Assembly: GCF_036946585.1 (NCBI RefSeq)
Contig: NZ_JAQIIV010000013.1
Location: 27,492-91,491 of the forward strand
Direction of reading: 5' to 3'
Source of the DNA: Pedobacter terrae
GTDB lineage: Bacteria > Bacteroidota > Bacteroidia > Sphingobacteriales > Sphingobacteriaceae
Length of the DNA stretch: 64,000 nucleotides
How positions within the stretch are numbered: the stretch's first letter is position 1; every line of letters starts with the position of its first letter. Under the pieces are notes generated by a model. That model worked only from the letters and a program-made list of their open reading frames with translations, had not been told where the DNA came from and made no database searches. The translations under genes were made by a program, and so were the position numbers. Below, in pieces: positions 20,410 to 30,778 of the stretch.

Positions 20410-21835
20410 GAATAATTTATATAAAGGCCTTGGACTGGTATTAATATGCGCCGCATATACCGCCTGTAAGCTGCCAGAAGTAGCCCAACGTGCCGAAAAT
20501 AAAAATACACCTGTGAGCTTTAATGGCCCGCAGGATACGGTAAGTTCTGCCAGTATACAGTGGCGTAACTTTTTTACTGATCCTAATCTGATCAGCCTGA
20601 TTGATACTGCGCTTAAAAATAACCAGGAGCTGAACATTACCCTTCAGGATATTGAAATAGCCAAAAATGAAATAAAGGCCAGAAAAGGGGAACTTTTACC
20701 AAACGTAACCTATGGAGTAGGGGCAGGATTGGATAAAGTTGGTCGTTATACCAGCTCCGGCGCAGGTGATGCTTCTACTGACATTACTCCAGGTAAAGGT
20801 GTGCCTGAAGTGTTGCCTGATTATCGTTTCGGTTTACAAGCCAATTGGGAAGCAGATATCTGGCATAAGTTGCGCAATTCAAAAAAAGCAGCCATTAATC
20901 ATTACCTGTCAACAGTTGAAGGTAAGAATTTTGTGATCACGAATTTAATTGCTGAAGTTGCAAATTCATATTATGAGTTATTGGCCTCAGATAATCAATT
21001 GGAAACGGTAAGAAAAAACATCGAACTCCAAAGCAATGCGTTAGAGTTGATGAAAATTCAAAAGCAGGCTACAAGGGTTAACGAACTTGCCGTACGCAAA
21101 TTTGAAGCAGAAGTATTAAGCTCTAAGAGTCTGGAATTTGATATTCAACAAGATATTATTGAAAACGAGAATAAGATTAATTTTCTGTTGGGCCGTTTCC
21201 CTCAACCTATTATCAGGGATAAATCCAGCTTTACCGATCTGGTACCGGTAACCGTACATACGGGTTTACCAGCACAATTGTTGGCCAATCGTCCTGATAT
21301 TAAACAGGCTGAGTACGAGCTTGAGGCGGCTAAATTGGATGTTAAAGTTGCTAAGGCACAGTTTTATCCGTCATTGGGAATTTCGGCAGCAATAGGTTAT
21401 CAGGCTTTTAATCCATCTTATTTGTTAAGGACACCAGAGTCCCTGATCTACTCTTTGGCAGGAGATTTGGCCGGACCACTGATTAATAGAAATGCCATTA
21501 AGGCTGAGTATTCTTCTGCAAATGCAAAACAATTACAGGCTGTTTTTGATTATGAAAAAGCTATTTTAAATGGTTATATAGAAGTGGCCAACCAGCTATC
21601 GAAAATCAGCAACCTGCAAAAAAGCTATGATCTCAAATCTAAACAGGTTACCGCGCTTACACAATCTATTGATATTTCGAACGATTTGTTCAAAGCTGCC
21701 CGGGCTGATTATTTTGAGGTATTGATGACACAGCGTGATGCTTTGCAATCAAAATTGGAATTGATTGAAACCAAAAAACAACAATTAAATGCGGTAGTAG
21801 ATATTTACCAGGCACTTGGTGGTGGCTGGAAATAG
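20393..21835 (+). CDS. TolC/NodT-family outer-membrane efflux lipoprotein
   Basis: Lipobox YTAC; WRNFFTDPNL, LLANRPDIKQAE, AKAQFYPSL, YQALGGGW. Confidence 0.93.
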   Translation: MRIMFKNNLYKGLGLVLICAAYTACKLPEVAQRAENKNTPVSFNGPQDTVSSASIQWRNFFTDPNLISLIDTALKNNQELNITLQDIEIAKNEIKARKGELLPNVTYGVGAGLDKVGRYTSSGAGDASTDITPGKGVPEVLPDYRFGLQANWEADIWHKLRNSKKAAINHYLSTVEGKNFVITNLIAEVANSYYELLASDNQLETVRKNIELQSNALELMKIQKQATRVNELAVRKFEAEVLSSKSLEFDIQQDIIENENKINFLLGRFPQPIIRDKSSFTDLVPVTVHTGLPAQLLANRPDIKQAEYELEAAKLDVKVAKAQFYPSLGISAAIGYQAFNPSYLLRTPESLIYSLAGDLAGPLINRNAIKAEYSSANAKQLQAVFDYEKAILNGYIEVANQLSKISNLQKSYDLKSKQVTALTQSIDISNDLFKAARADYFEVLMTQRDALQSKLELIETKKQQLNAVVDIYQALGGGWK

Positions 21836-21886
21836 GCAATACTATAAATAGTCATAAATACTGTAAGTTAAATTATCCTTATAATC

Positions 21887-22029
21887 TTTACTGGTCTTAG
21901 CGTCTCGCTAAGACCTTTTTCATTAAAGCGTGTCATGCTGAGGATAATTTTTGGTATAAAAATCAATATTAATGAACAGATGGTGAAGAAGTTGAATGGT
22001 ATCGAAGTATCGTTTCGACCGAAGTGCCC
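21887..22029 (+). repeat. ~143-bp intergenic repeat, copy A, with GGTCTTAGCG/CGCTAAGACC hairpin
   Basis: Aligns closely by eye with 23110-23255. Confidence 0.85.
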
Positions 22030-22241
22030 GCCTGTGCGGACAGTTATGCACATAGCTATACCCTTCTAGTCTTAACATCCCGCTAAGACATCGTTGTGGG
22101 GGTGGATATTACCATCTGACACCTACATTTCTAGCCGAATAAATGAGTTCCTCATTTATTTATCATAAAATTGGCTTGGCAAACAATGCGATCCCCCTGT
22201 GGTTATTTAATCATAGAATTTATCATCATATCTAAAATAAA

Positions 22242-23072
22242 ATGGGAAAAACAACATTCAAATTTGGCGAATTAGAAGTTAATCGTTTAGGTTACGGCGC
22301 CATGCAGTTAACTGGCGACGGCGTTTTTGGCGAAGTAGAAGATCGGGAGAATGCAATAACCGTTTTGCGCGAAGCAGTAGCAAATGGCGTTAATTTTATT
22401 GATACTGCAGAGGCTTACGGGCCAGAGTTTAACGAATCACTTATTGCTGATGCTTTATCGCCTTTTCAAAAAGATGTTTTTATTGCTACCAAAGGCGGAT
22501 TTGATCGTCCAGGTCCAAACAAATGGGTACCTAATGGAAATCCTAAAAAAATCAGGTTGGATATTGAAGGCAGTTTACAGCGTTTAAAAGTCGATTCAAT
22601 TGATTTATGGCAGCTGCACCGCATTGATCCTAATGTTGATGTCGTAAAAACCCTGGCGCCTGTGGCAGAAGCCGTAAAAGAAGGTAAAATAAAAAATGTA
22701 GGTTTATCAGAAGTAACTATCGATCAGATTAAACAAGTACAGGACATTCTTCCGGTAGTTTCTGTTCAAAATTTATATAACCTTGGCAATAGACAGTGGG
22801 AAAGTGTTTTAGACTTTACAGCAGACCAGGGGCTGGCCTTTATTCCATGGTTTCCATTGGCTTCTGGTCCGCATAAATTAGCAGATAAGATCAAAGCGAT
22901 TGCTGAAAAACATAAAGCAACAACTGCTCAGATTGCATTGGCCTGGTTATTAAAAAGATCATCAAATATCCTTTTAATCCCCGGAACAAAATCTGTAGAA
23001 CATTTAAAAGAAAACTTAGAAGCAGAAAAAATTGAATTGAGTCAAGAAGAATTTGACAGCTTAGCGAATTAA
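22242..23072 (+). CDS. Aldo/keto reductase
   Basis: LGYGAMQL, GVNFIDTAEAYG, IATKGG, IDLWQLHR, VGLSEV, AQIALAWLL, IPGT. Confidence 0.92.
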   Translation: MGKTTFKFGELEVNRLGYGAMQLTGDGVFGEVEDRENAITVLREAVANGVNFIDTAEAYGPEFNESLIADALSPFQKDVFIATKGGFDRPGPNKWVPNGNPKKIRLDIEGSLQRLKVDSIDLWQLHRIDPNVDVVKTLAPVAEAVKEGKIKNVGLSEVTIDQIKQVQDILPVVSVQNLYNLGNRQWESVLDFTADQGLAFIPWFPLASGPHKLADKIKAIAEKHKATTAQIALAWLLKRSSNILLIPGTKSVEHLKENLEAEKIELSQEEFDSLAN

Positions 23073-23109
23073 TATGGTCATTCTGAGCACAGCGTAGAAT
23101 CTTTTTACT

Positions 23110-23255
23110 TTTACTGGTCTTAGCGTCTCGCTAAGACCTTTTGCATTAAAGCGTGTCGTGCTGAGGATAATTTATGGTATAAAAATCAATATTGATAGAC
23201 AGCTATTAAAGAAGTTGAATGGTATGGAAGTATCGTTCTTTCGAACGCAGTGCCC
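23110..23255 (+). repeat. ~145-bp intergenic repeat, copy B
   Basis: Direct repeat of 21887-22029. Confidence 0.85.
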
Positions 23256-23278
23256 ATCCATACAGGTGGGGAGAGATC

Positions 23279-23406
23279 TCATTTGTAAATAAGCCATGAC
23301 GGAAGTACTTTAATTACCACTATCCGTGGTGTCTGCTGTTACCAACTGACACTGATAAAACCTTTTCATTTGTAAATAAGCCATGACGGAAGTACTTTAA
23401 TTACCA
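23279..23406 (+). repeat. 41-bp exact direct repeat x2 separated by 46 bp
   Basis: TCATTTGTAAATAAGCCATGACGGAAGTACTTTAATTACCA at 23279-23319 and 23366-23406. Confidence 0.85.
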
Positions 23407-23435
23407 ATATTCGCATTTAAGTTTGATATTTAAAC

Positions 23436-23897
23436 ATGAAACAAGTCATCTTCACCTTTGCTATTCTATTTTCTATTATTTTTCAAAAAACCATGGCACA
23501 AAATATAACAGAGAACAAACCTGCTATTTTAAATCATATTGCTGTTTATGTGTCAGATCTGAGAAAATCAACTACTTTTTATGAAAGTGTATTCAACCTT
23601 AAAATGATTCCCGAACCTTTTAAAGATAATCGGCATACCTGGTTTACTTTAGGACCTGCCGGACAGCTTCACCTCATCCAGGGTGCCAGGGGAACTGAAA
23701 CTTTTGATAAAAATGGCCACTTGTGTTTCAGTGTCCCATCAATTGATGATTTTGTAAAAAAACTAAACGCCAATAACATCAGCTTTGAAGATTGGGCGGG
23801 GAAAGAAAAAGGCATTACGCTTCGTGTTGATGGCGTAAAACAGGTCTATTTTAAAGATCCAGACGGACACTGGCTGGAAGTAAACGACGATAAATAA
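23436..23897 (+). CDS. VOC/glyoxalase family protein, secreted
   Basis: LNHIAVYVSDL, QLHLI, HLCFSV, QVYFKDPDGHWLEVN; signal peptide. Confidence 0.9.
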   Translation: MKQVIFTFAILFSIIFQKTMAQNITENKPAILNHIAVYVSDLRKSTTFYESVFNLKMIPEPFKDNRHTWFTLGPAGQLHLIQGARGTETFDKNGHLCFSVPSIDDFVKKLNANNISFEDWAGKEKGITLRVDGVKQVYFKDPDGHWLEVNDDK

Positions 23898-23960
23898 TTT
23901 TTTGGAATGTATAGGATTTCTCCATACTATAATCTACGCGCATTCTTATCTGATAAGACT

Positions 23961-25106
23961 ATGAAACTGAAATACTTTTACGCATTTTTTTTAATCTTTG
24001 GCTTAGTTACACCATCTAAAGCTCAGCAAGAAAAAGCTGAAGCAGATTTTAAATCTGTAATGGAAAAATACAATGCTGTTGGCGCTTCAGTAGCCGTAGT
24101 AAAAGATGGCCGGATCATTTATAACCATTCATTCGGTTTAAAGGATTTAGAGCATCAACTGCCTTTAACCAACCAGGATATTTTCAGGATCGCTTCTATT
24201 TCCAAATCTTTTTCGGCAACAGCCATCATGCAGATGGTAGAGGCTGGTAAAATTTCGCTTGATGATGATTTTGGCGACCTGGTGGGGTTCAAAATCAGAA
24301 ATCCGAAATTTCCCGATCAGAAAATTACCTTAAAAATGGCATTATCCCATACTTCCAGTTTAAACGATTCACAAGGATATTTAAGTTTCGATGTGATTAA
24401 TCCTGATAAAAATCCAAACTGGGCCAAATGTTATAATGATTATGCGCCAGGAAGCAAATTCGATTATTGTAACCTTAATTTTAATCTGATTGGTGCCATT
24501 ATTGAAAAGATATCGGGTGAGCGTTTTGATAACTACATTAAAAACCATGTATTAAAACCATTAGGTCTTTATGGAGGTTATTGCATCGATTCTTTAGATA
24601 GTACACGTTTTGTACGCCTGTACGAATACCATCCAGATACTAAGACTTATACAATTTCGTCAAATGCTTATGCACCAAGGCGAACAGAAATTGCGAATTA
24701 TGTGATGGGTTATTCTACGCCAATTTTTTCGCCAACAGGCGGAATGAAAATTTCTGCTTATGATTTAGCCAAATACATGATGATGCATATGAATTATGGA
24801 ACATCAAATGGTGTGAAAATAATAACCAGGAAAAGTGCAAAGATCATGCAAACGGCCATCACCACCGATGAAGGATATGGCTTAGCGATCAGTACTGCAG
24901 ATCGGCTTATACCAGGAGTTAAACTGAAGGGCCATACTGGTTCAGCATACGGCTTACACAGTACCATGTTTTTTAATCCTAAAGAAAAATTCGGCTTCGT
25001 AATTATTACCAATGGAATAAACGCAACTTATACAGACGGTTTGCCCGACTTTAGTCGTGCCGCAATAAACAGTTTATACCAGTCTTTCTTTAACAACTTA
25101 AAGTAA
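23961..25106 (+). CDS. Serine hydrolase, beta-lactamase class C/PBP-like
   Basis: FRIASISKSF (SxxK), YCN, KGHTGS; likely start MKLKYF with signal peptide (ORF track begins 23907). Confidence 0.88.
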   Translation: MKLKYFYAFFLIFGLVTPSKAQQEKAEADFKSVMEKYNAVGASVAVVKDGRIIYNHSFGLKDLEHQLPLTNQDIFRIASISKSFSATAIMQMVEAGKISLDDDFGDLVGFKIRNPKFPDQKITLKMALSHTSSLNDSQGYLSFDVINPDKNPNWAKCYNDYAPGSKFDYCNLNFNLIGAIIEKISGERFDNYIKNHVLKPLGLYGGYCIDSLDSTRFVRLYEYHPDTKTYTISSNAYAPRRTEIANYVMGYSTPIFSPTGGMKISAYDLAKYMMMHMNYGTSNGVKIITRKSAKIMQTAITTDEGYGLAISTADRLIPGVKLKGHTGSAYGLHSTMFFNPKEKFGFVIITNGINATYTDGLPDFSRAAINSLYQSFFNNLK

Positions 25107-25306
25107 ACCAGCTAAACCATTCTTATGGAAGAACGCTGATAAAGTTCTGATGCCAGCTTTTGGATGGCTCAAATTGTTAGCTTTTACTTTCTGATCTAAA
25201 ACACTTTTAACAGGGGGAAGATCAATTAAATGGGTGTAGTCAGTAATTGTTTGAACAACCATTACTGCATTTTCGCTTTCACTTTTACATTCCATACCTT
25301 TATTGA

Positions 25307-25528
25307 TTATTGGTTTATAAAACGTTGATAGGTATTTCCGGATTTAATTTTCTCCATCATGAAGTGTTCTTTCAGTTTTGAGAATTCCATACTTTGCAAA
25401 GCTTTTACAGCTGATTTAAGTTTTTCAGTGCTAATGCCCAATCTTGCGGCCCAATAATTGCGATCTTGTTCGTCTGCGATTTCGATAAATTCTTTTCTGG
25501 CATTCATCGAATTTAGTTGATATTCCAT
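25307..25528 (-). CDS. DUF3606-like small protein
   Basis: IEIADEQDRNYWAARLGISTEKLKSAVK. Confidence 0.7.
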   Translation of the reverse strand: MEYQLNSMNARKEFIEIADEQDRNYWAARLGISTEKLKSAVKALQSMEFSKLKEHFMMEKIKSGNTYQRFINQ

Positions 25529-25788
25529 TTTTATAAATTTTGGTTAGTAATAGACTAAACAGACGATCTTCGATTTTGGTTTTGATGATTTGTCAGTAAA
25601 ATCTCAAAAAATATAATTTTCGTTAGCAGAAATGGTCGAAAATCTCGATTTGTTAAGGTCCGGTATAAGAAAAATTAGCTATAAATTGGGTTTAAACATG
25701 GATAACTCATTTCGGAACTCACCTGATCACTCCAGAGAATATTTTTCATATATAAATCATTAGGTTTTATCGATTTACATTTATATAA

Positions 25789-27024
25789 TTGTATTGTAAT
25801 ATATTTTTTACAATGTTAAATGATTTTCCAGCCAACGATCAGGTCATTTCTTCAGATCGTAAGTTTTATCAAAACAACCGCTTTGTGTTATTGCTTTGGG
25901 TTTTAATCACCCTCATATTTGTAATCGATTCCTGGATAACCAATCGTTACAACAATTACCTGATTTTTGAAAATACATTTAGAAACTTGCTTAATGAGCG
26001 TTCGCTATATGCAAATTATCCGGCTTATCATGATGATTCCAATCATTATGGTCCTATTTTTAGTGTGCTGATAGCCCCTTTTGCAATTTTTCATAACTGG
26101 GTAGGGCTACTGTTATGGAACCTGTTTAATTGCTTCTTTCTCTTTAAGGCTATACAAACCTTGCCCTTAAACGAAGATCAAAAAATAGCAATTGGTTATA
26201 TTGCTATTCCCTGTTTAATAGAATCAATGCTTAACCAACAGTTTAATGCTGGTGCAGGCGCATTGATGATATTAAGTTATACCTTATTAAATAAAGATAA
26301 GGGAGTATGGTCTGCACTTTGCATCATACTGGGTACCTTCATTAAATTATATGGCATTGTAGGCTTGGTTTTTTTCTTTTTTTCCAAAAACAAATCATCT
26401 TTTATATTATGGTTGGTTGTATGGTCGGCGGTCATATTTTTAATTCCTATGCTTTTCGCTTCCCCTGATTATGTGATCCACAGTTATCAAGATTGGAAAA
26501 ACTCTTTAACAAGTAAGAATATGGTCAATGTATTAGGAGGGGGAATTGATATTTCCATCATGGGTTTTTTCAGGGAAATCTTAAATGAGAAAAGAATATC
26601 TAATTTTCTATTCCTTAGCCTGGGTTCCTTATTGTTTATTTTGCCTTTCATAAATATATCTCGTTTCAAAAAAAGCCGATTCCAGTTAATGATGCTGTCG
26701 TCCGTGATGATTTTTCCCATATTATTTAGCACAGGAGCAGAAGACTGTACTTTTATTATAGCTGTTATTGGAGTAGGGGTATGGTATGTAAAAGAAAAGA
26801 ACGATTTGATGAAAAAGGTATTGTTACCCATTTTATTGATAATTACCTGTAATTTCCCCTTATTGCTATTTCCGGTGTTTGCAAAGTCACACCCGCTATC
26901 TTTAGCCATTATCAGTTTTCCCTATTTTCTGGTGTGGATGAGGATTATTTATAATGCAACCAATAATAGGCTTTCCTATATAGAAGACACAGAACCAGAA
27001 AGGATTGCTGTGCTGGTAGATTAA
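25789..27024 (+). CDS. GT87/DUF2029 membrane glycosyltransferase
   Basis: NHYGPIFSVLIAPF, QQFN, FIKLYGIVGL; multiple TM segments; true start probably MLNDF. Confidence 0.82.
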   Translation: MYCNIFFTMLNDFPANDQVISSDRKFYQNNRFVLLLWVLITLIFVIDSWITNRYNNYLIFENTFRNLLNERSLYANYPAYHDDSNHYGPIFSVLIAPFAIFHNWVGLLLWNLFNCFFLFKAIQTLPLNEDQKIAIGYIAIPCLIESMLNQQFNAGAGALMILSYTLLNKDKGVWSALCIILGTFIKLYGIVGLVFFFFSKNKSSFILWLVVWSAVIFLIPMLFASPDYVIHSYQDWKNSLTSKNMVNVLGGGIDISIMGFFREILNEKRISNFLFLSLGSLLFILPFINISRFKKSRFQLMMLSSVMIFPILFSTGAEDCTFIIAVIGVGVWYVKEKNDLMKKVLLPILLIITCNFPLLLFPVFAKSHPLSLAIISFPYFLVWMRIIYNATNNRLSYIEDTEPERIAVLVD

Positions 27025-27131
27025 ATTTTTAATGTTTATTTTTTTTAGGTTTTAATATCTGTTTGAAAAAATGGATGTCAAAACCTTTTTTGTTATGGGG
27101 CTGTTTTATAACTATCTAATCAAAAATAGTT

Positions 27132-27305
27132 ATGGATGATAAACAAAAAACAGGTAACCCTGATCGGGCAAGGATTAATGTTAACGAAGCTTATGAGCTG
27201 GATTATTGGTCTGACAAATTCGGTGTGAGCAAAGATAAACTAAAGGCTGCGGTTGAAACCGTTGGAACCTCTTCCAGCGCGGTTGAAGATTATTTAAAAA
27301 AATAA
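27132..27305 (+). CDS. DUF3606 small protein (57 aa; missing from ORF track)
   Basis: Hand-translated MDDKQKTGNPDRARINVNEAYELDYWSDKFGVSKDKLKAAVETVGTSSSAVEDYLKK*. Confidence 0.85.
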   Translation: MDDKQKTGNPDRARINVNEAYELDYWSDKFGVSKDKLKAAVETVGTSSSAVEDYLKK

Positions 27306-27317
27306 GATATTAATTTT

Positions 27318-30014
27318 ATGAGTCTGAAAAAGTATGTTTCCAAACGTGATTTCTCGAAAACTAACGAACCAAAATCGGGCAAAAGCATCGATCAGAATAA
27401 GTTACATTTTGTGATCCAAAAACACGATGCCTCGAGGTTGCATTACGATTTCAGACTCGAAATGGAAGGTGTGCTAAAAAGCTGGGCAGTGCCAAAGGGT
27501 CCATCAACCGATCCTAAAATTAAGCGGCTGGCCATGATGGTAGAAGATCATCCATACGATTATAAGGATTTTGAAGGGATTATACCAAAGGGCGAATATG
27601 GTGGCGGAACCGTTATTGTATGGGATGAAGGTACTTATGAGCCAATAGAAGCCATTAAAGGCAAAAAAGCACAAGAAAAACATTTGTTAAGCCAGTTGAA
27701 AGATGGCTCTTTAAAAATCAGGCTGAACGGAGAAAAGCTTCAAGGCGAGTTTGCACTGGTTAAAACACATGGAATGGGCGAGAACGGCTGGCTGTTGATC
27801 AAACACAAAGACGATTACGCTTCTACGAAAGACATTACCAAAGAAGATAAATCTGTGCTTTCCGGTAAAACGATTGAAAAGATGGAAACAACATCTGATA
27901 AGGTTTGGAAAGCTGGAAAAGAACAAGATTTAAAAACCGAAAAAAAAAGCCCGAAGCAAAAAGCAAAGAAAGAAACCAAACCCGTGGGTGATGAAGCAAC
28001 GGTAGATGTTAAAAGTATACTAAAGAAAGCGCCGAAAACGGGTATTCCCACGGGCATAAAACCCATGTTAGCCACACTGGTTAACGAACCTTTTGATGAT
28101 CCTGATTGGCAGTATGAGGTAAAATGGGATGGCTACCGTGCCCTCGCATTTCTAAATAAGGGAAAGGTTGATCTGCTATCACGAAATAATAAATCCTTTA
28201 ATGAAAAATTTTATCCCATTTACGATCTGCTTTCGGACTGGAAGATAAATGCCGTTTTTGATGGCGAAATTTTGGTGTTAAATGATAAAGGGATATCTAA
28301 TTTTGGTTCACTTCAGAATTGGAGAAGCGAAGCCGATGGAGAACTCGTTTTTTATGTGTTCGATATCCTATGGTATGAAGGTAAAAACCTAATGGAGCTA
28401 CCTCTTTATCAGCGCCAAGCCATATTGAATGAGGTTTTACCTACCAAAGATGATCGGGTACGTTTAGGGAAAGTTTTTAAAGCGAGTGGCGTTGACTTTT
28501 TTGACGCAGCAGAAAGGATGGGTTTGGAAGGGATTATCGCCAAAAAAACAAATAGCACTTATAGTACAAACTACAGATCTAAAGAATGGCTTAAAATTAA
28601 AGTACATAAACGGCAGGAAGTGGTTATTGCAGGATTTACTAAAAATGCTGATACCACCAAATCTTTCAGTTCTTTACTTTTGGGCGTTTATGAAAACGGA
28701 AAACTGCAGTATGTAGGCAAGGTAGGTACCGGATTTTCAGATAAGCTCCAAAAATCGATGATGGAACAGTTTAAGCCAATTATTGCAGATCAGAGCCCTT
28801 TCGAAAGTATACCCGATGTAAATAAGCCTTCACGCTTCAGGCCCAATCCGCCAAAGGCAAAAGCCACCTGGTTAAAACCCGAATTGGTATGCGAGGTTTC
28901 ATTTACTGAAGTAACTGATGATGGCGTTTTCCGTCATCCATCTTTTCAGGGCATGCGTGAAGATAAAAAAGCAAAGGATGTGGTTAGGGAAGTGGAAGTA
29001 TCTACAGAGAAAGCTGTGGCAGATACTGAGACCAAAAATCCACATGCAAAAGCAATTAAAGCACCAGAAGGTAAAGTTCCAAAAACATTGTTAAATCCGA
29101 AAGATGAAACTCAGGTAAGGAAAGTTAAAGGACATGAACTTAAATTTACCAACCTAAGCAAAATATATTGGCCTGAAGATAAGGTGACGAAAAGAGATAT
29201 GTTTAATTACTATTATCAGGTTGCTGAATATATTTTACCTTATCTGAAAGATCGCCCACAGTCACTTAACCGTTTTCCTGGCGGCATACATGGCAAAAGT
29301 TTTTACCAGAAAGATGTTAAGGGGAAAGCACCAGATTGGGCAGAGACTTTCCCTTATGAAAATGGCGAGGGTGAAAAAAAGGAATACCTGGTTGGAACAG
29401 ATGAAGCATCCTTGCTCTGGATGGCCAGTTTAGGCTGTATAGAAATGAATCCCTGGTTTAGCAGGATTCAAAGTCCGGATCATCCTGATTATTGCGTAAT
29501 TGATCTGGACCCCGATAAACAATCTTTCGATCAGGTGGTGGAAACGGCGTTGGAAACCAAAAAAGTATTGGATGCTATTGGCGTACCCAGTTACTGTAAA
29601 ACATCAGGTTCAACCGGAATGCATATTTATATCCCATTAAATGCTAAATACAGTTATGATCAAAGCCAGCTATTCGCCAAAATGGTGGTTAACCTGGTGC
29701 ATAAACAAATACCAAAATACACCTCTTTGGAGCGGATAATCAGCGCCAGAAAGGGTAAAATGTATCTCGATTTTCTGCAGAACAGGCCGGGAGCAACCAT
29801 AGCAGGTCCTTATTCTTTACGTCCAAAAATTGGTGCAACGGTATCAATGCCCTTACATTGGGATGAAGTAAAACCAGGTTTAAAAATGAAAGACTTTAAT
29901 ATCTTTAATGCCATTGATCGTCTAAAAATTGAAGGCGATCTTTTTAAAGGTGTTTTGGGCAAAGGAATAGATTTGATAAAAGCAGTAGATAAAGCCAAAA
30001 GTGTTTTCGGATAA
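27318..30014 (+). CDS. ligD: DNA ligase D (phosphoesterase-ligase-polymerase)
   Basis: FVIQKHDASRLHYDFRLE; EVKWDGYRAL, EGIIAKK; PDYCVIDLDP, KTSGSTGMH, YLDFLQN. Confidence 0.96.
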   Translation: MSLKKYVSKRDFSKTNEPKSGKSIDQNKLHFVIQKHDASRLHYDFRLEMEGVLKSWAVPKGPSTDPKIKRLAMMVEDHPYDYKDFEGIIPKGEYGGGTVIVWDEGTYEPIEAIKGKKAQEKHLLSQLKDGSLKIRLNGEKLQGEFALVKTHGMGENGWLLIKHKDDYASTKDITKEDKSVLSGKTIEKMETTSDKVWKAGKEQDLKTEKKSPKQKAKKETKPVGDEATVDVKSILKKAPKTGIPTGIKPMLATLVNEPFDDPDWQYEVKWDGYRALAFLNKGKVDLLSRNNKSFNEKFYPIYDLLSDWKINAVFDGEILVLNDKGISNFGSLQNWRSEADGELVFYVFDILWYEGKNLMELPLYQRQAILNEVLPTKDDRVRLGKVFKASGVDFFDAAERMGLEGIIAKKTNSTYSTNYRSKEWLKIKVHKRQEVVIAGFTKNADTTKSFSSLLLGVYENGKLQYVGKVGTGFSDKLQKSMMEQFKPIIADQSPFESIPDVNKPSRFRPNPPKAKATWLKPELVCEVSFTEVTDDGVFRHPSFQGMREDKKAKDVVREVEVSTEKAVADTETKNPHAKAIKAPEGKVPKTLLNPKDETQVRKVKGHELKFTNLSKIYWPEDKVTKRDMFNYYYQVAEYILPYLKDRPQSLNRFPGGIHGKSFYQKDVKGKAPDWAETFPYENGEGEKKEYLVGTDEASLLWMASLGCIEMNPWFSRIQSPDHPDYCVIDLDPDKQSFDQVVETALETKKVLDAIGVPSYCKTSGSTGMHIYIPLNAKYSYDQSQLFAKMVVNLVHKQIPKYTSLERIISARKGKMYLDFLQNRPGATIAGPYSLRPKIGATVSMPLHWDEVKPGLKMKDFNIFNAIDRLKIEGDLFKGVLGKGIDLIKAVDKAKSVFG

Positions 30015-30061
30015 GCCCCGGTATCTTTGATGCTTTCATTATATTTGGCAAAAATTGAAAA

Positions 30062-30358
30062 ATGATAGCACACCACGTTTTATTCTGGCTAAAAGCCGAT
30101 ACTACCAGCGAGCAGAAAATGGCTTTTCGCAATAGCTTGCAAACATTAGAAAATATTGAAGTTGTTAAAACTTTTCATATCGGTGTGCCTGCACCTATTG
30201 AGCGTGCTGTTGTAGATACCACTTATACCTTCAGTCTGCTTTTAATGTTTGAAGATCTGGCCGCACATGATGTTTACCAGGTTCATCCATTGCATAAGGC
30301 TTTCTTAGATGAATTCAGAATTTACTTTGAAAAGGTCGTCATTTACGATGCAGAATAA
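30062..30358 (+). CDS. Dabb (stress-responsive A/B barrel) protein
   Basis: MIAHHVLFWLK...FEDLAAHDVYQVHPLH. Confidence 0.88.
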   Translation: MIAHHVLFWLKADTTSEQKMAFRNSLQTLENIEVVKTFHIGVPAPIERAVVDTTYTFSLLLMFEDLAAHDVYQVHPLHKAFLDEFRIYFEKVVIYDAE

Positions 30359-30363
30359 ATACC

Positions 30364-30394
30364 ATGCCTTCGATAACCGGAGGCATTTTTTTTT
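30364..30394 (+). terminator. Intrinsic terminator after ligD-dabb
   Basis: ATGCCTTCG...CGGAGGCAT stem followed by a T run. Confidence 0.75.
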
Positions 30395-30559
30395 AATCAT
30401 TGTACCGCAATACGAAATTTAGAAGGAAAGTTCGTCCTGTAAGCTAAAAGTAACACCGTATTCAAATTACGGATATGCATGATATGATGATGATATGGTT
30501 GATACTTATTTTTAAGTATTTTATCTACTGATAAATCCAAAGTGCCTTTGAATGCGTAA

Positions 30560-30778
30560 ATGCTTCAAAACGCAATCATTATGGAAAAAAGAGCTACATT
30601 AATTAAAAGAGCATCGCTTAATATCAACCAACTGGACAGTATCAAAATTGGCGATTTTCTTTCCGATGAATATGGTAAGTCTGGCAAAGTATGTGAAATC
30701 GAAAAAATAAACCGTTACGGAGAGTATCACTATTATTTTAAACTATCTAAATCGGGAACCATATTAATTATTCTTTGA
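30560..30778 (+). CDS. Small hypothetical protein
   Basis: 72-aa ORF with beta-rich pattern IKIGDFLSDEYGKSGKVCEIE; no family recognised. Confidence 0.5.
   Translation: MLQNAIIMEKRATLIKRASLNINQLDSIKIGDFLSDEYGKSGKVCEIEKINRYGEYHYYFKLSKSGTILIIL

Noticed and set aside
16132-21835. RND operon as a heavy-metal (CusA/CzcA) pump or novel system
   Set aside because: Motifs fit ordinary HAE1/AcrB-type pumps common in Bacteroidota; substrate cannot be inferred.
23279-23406. 41-bp repeat pair as a mini-CRISPR
   Set aside because: Only two repeats, no palindrome, no cas genes; kept only as a low-interest duplication.
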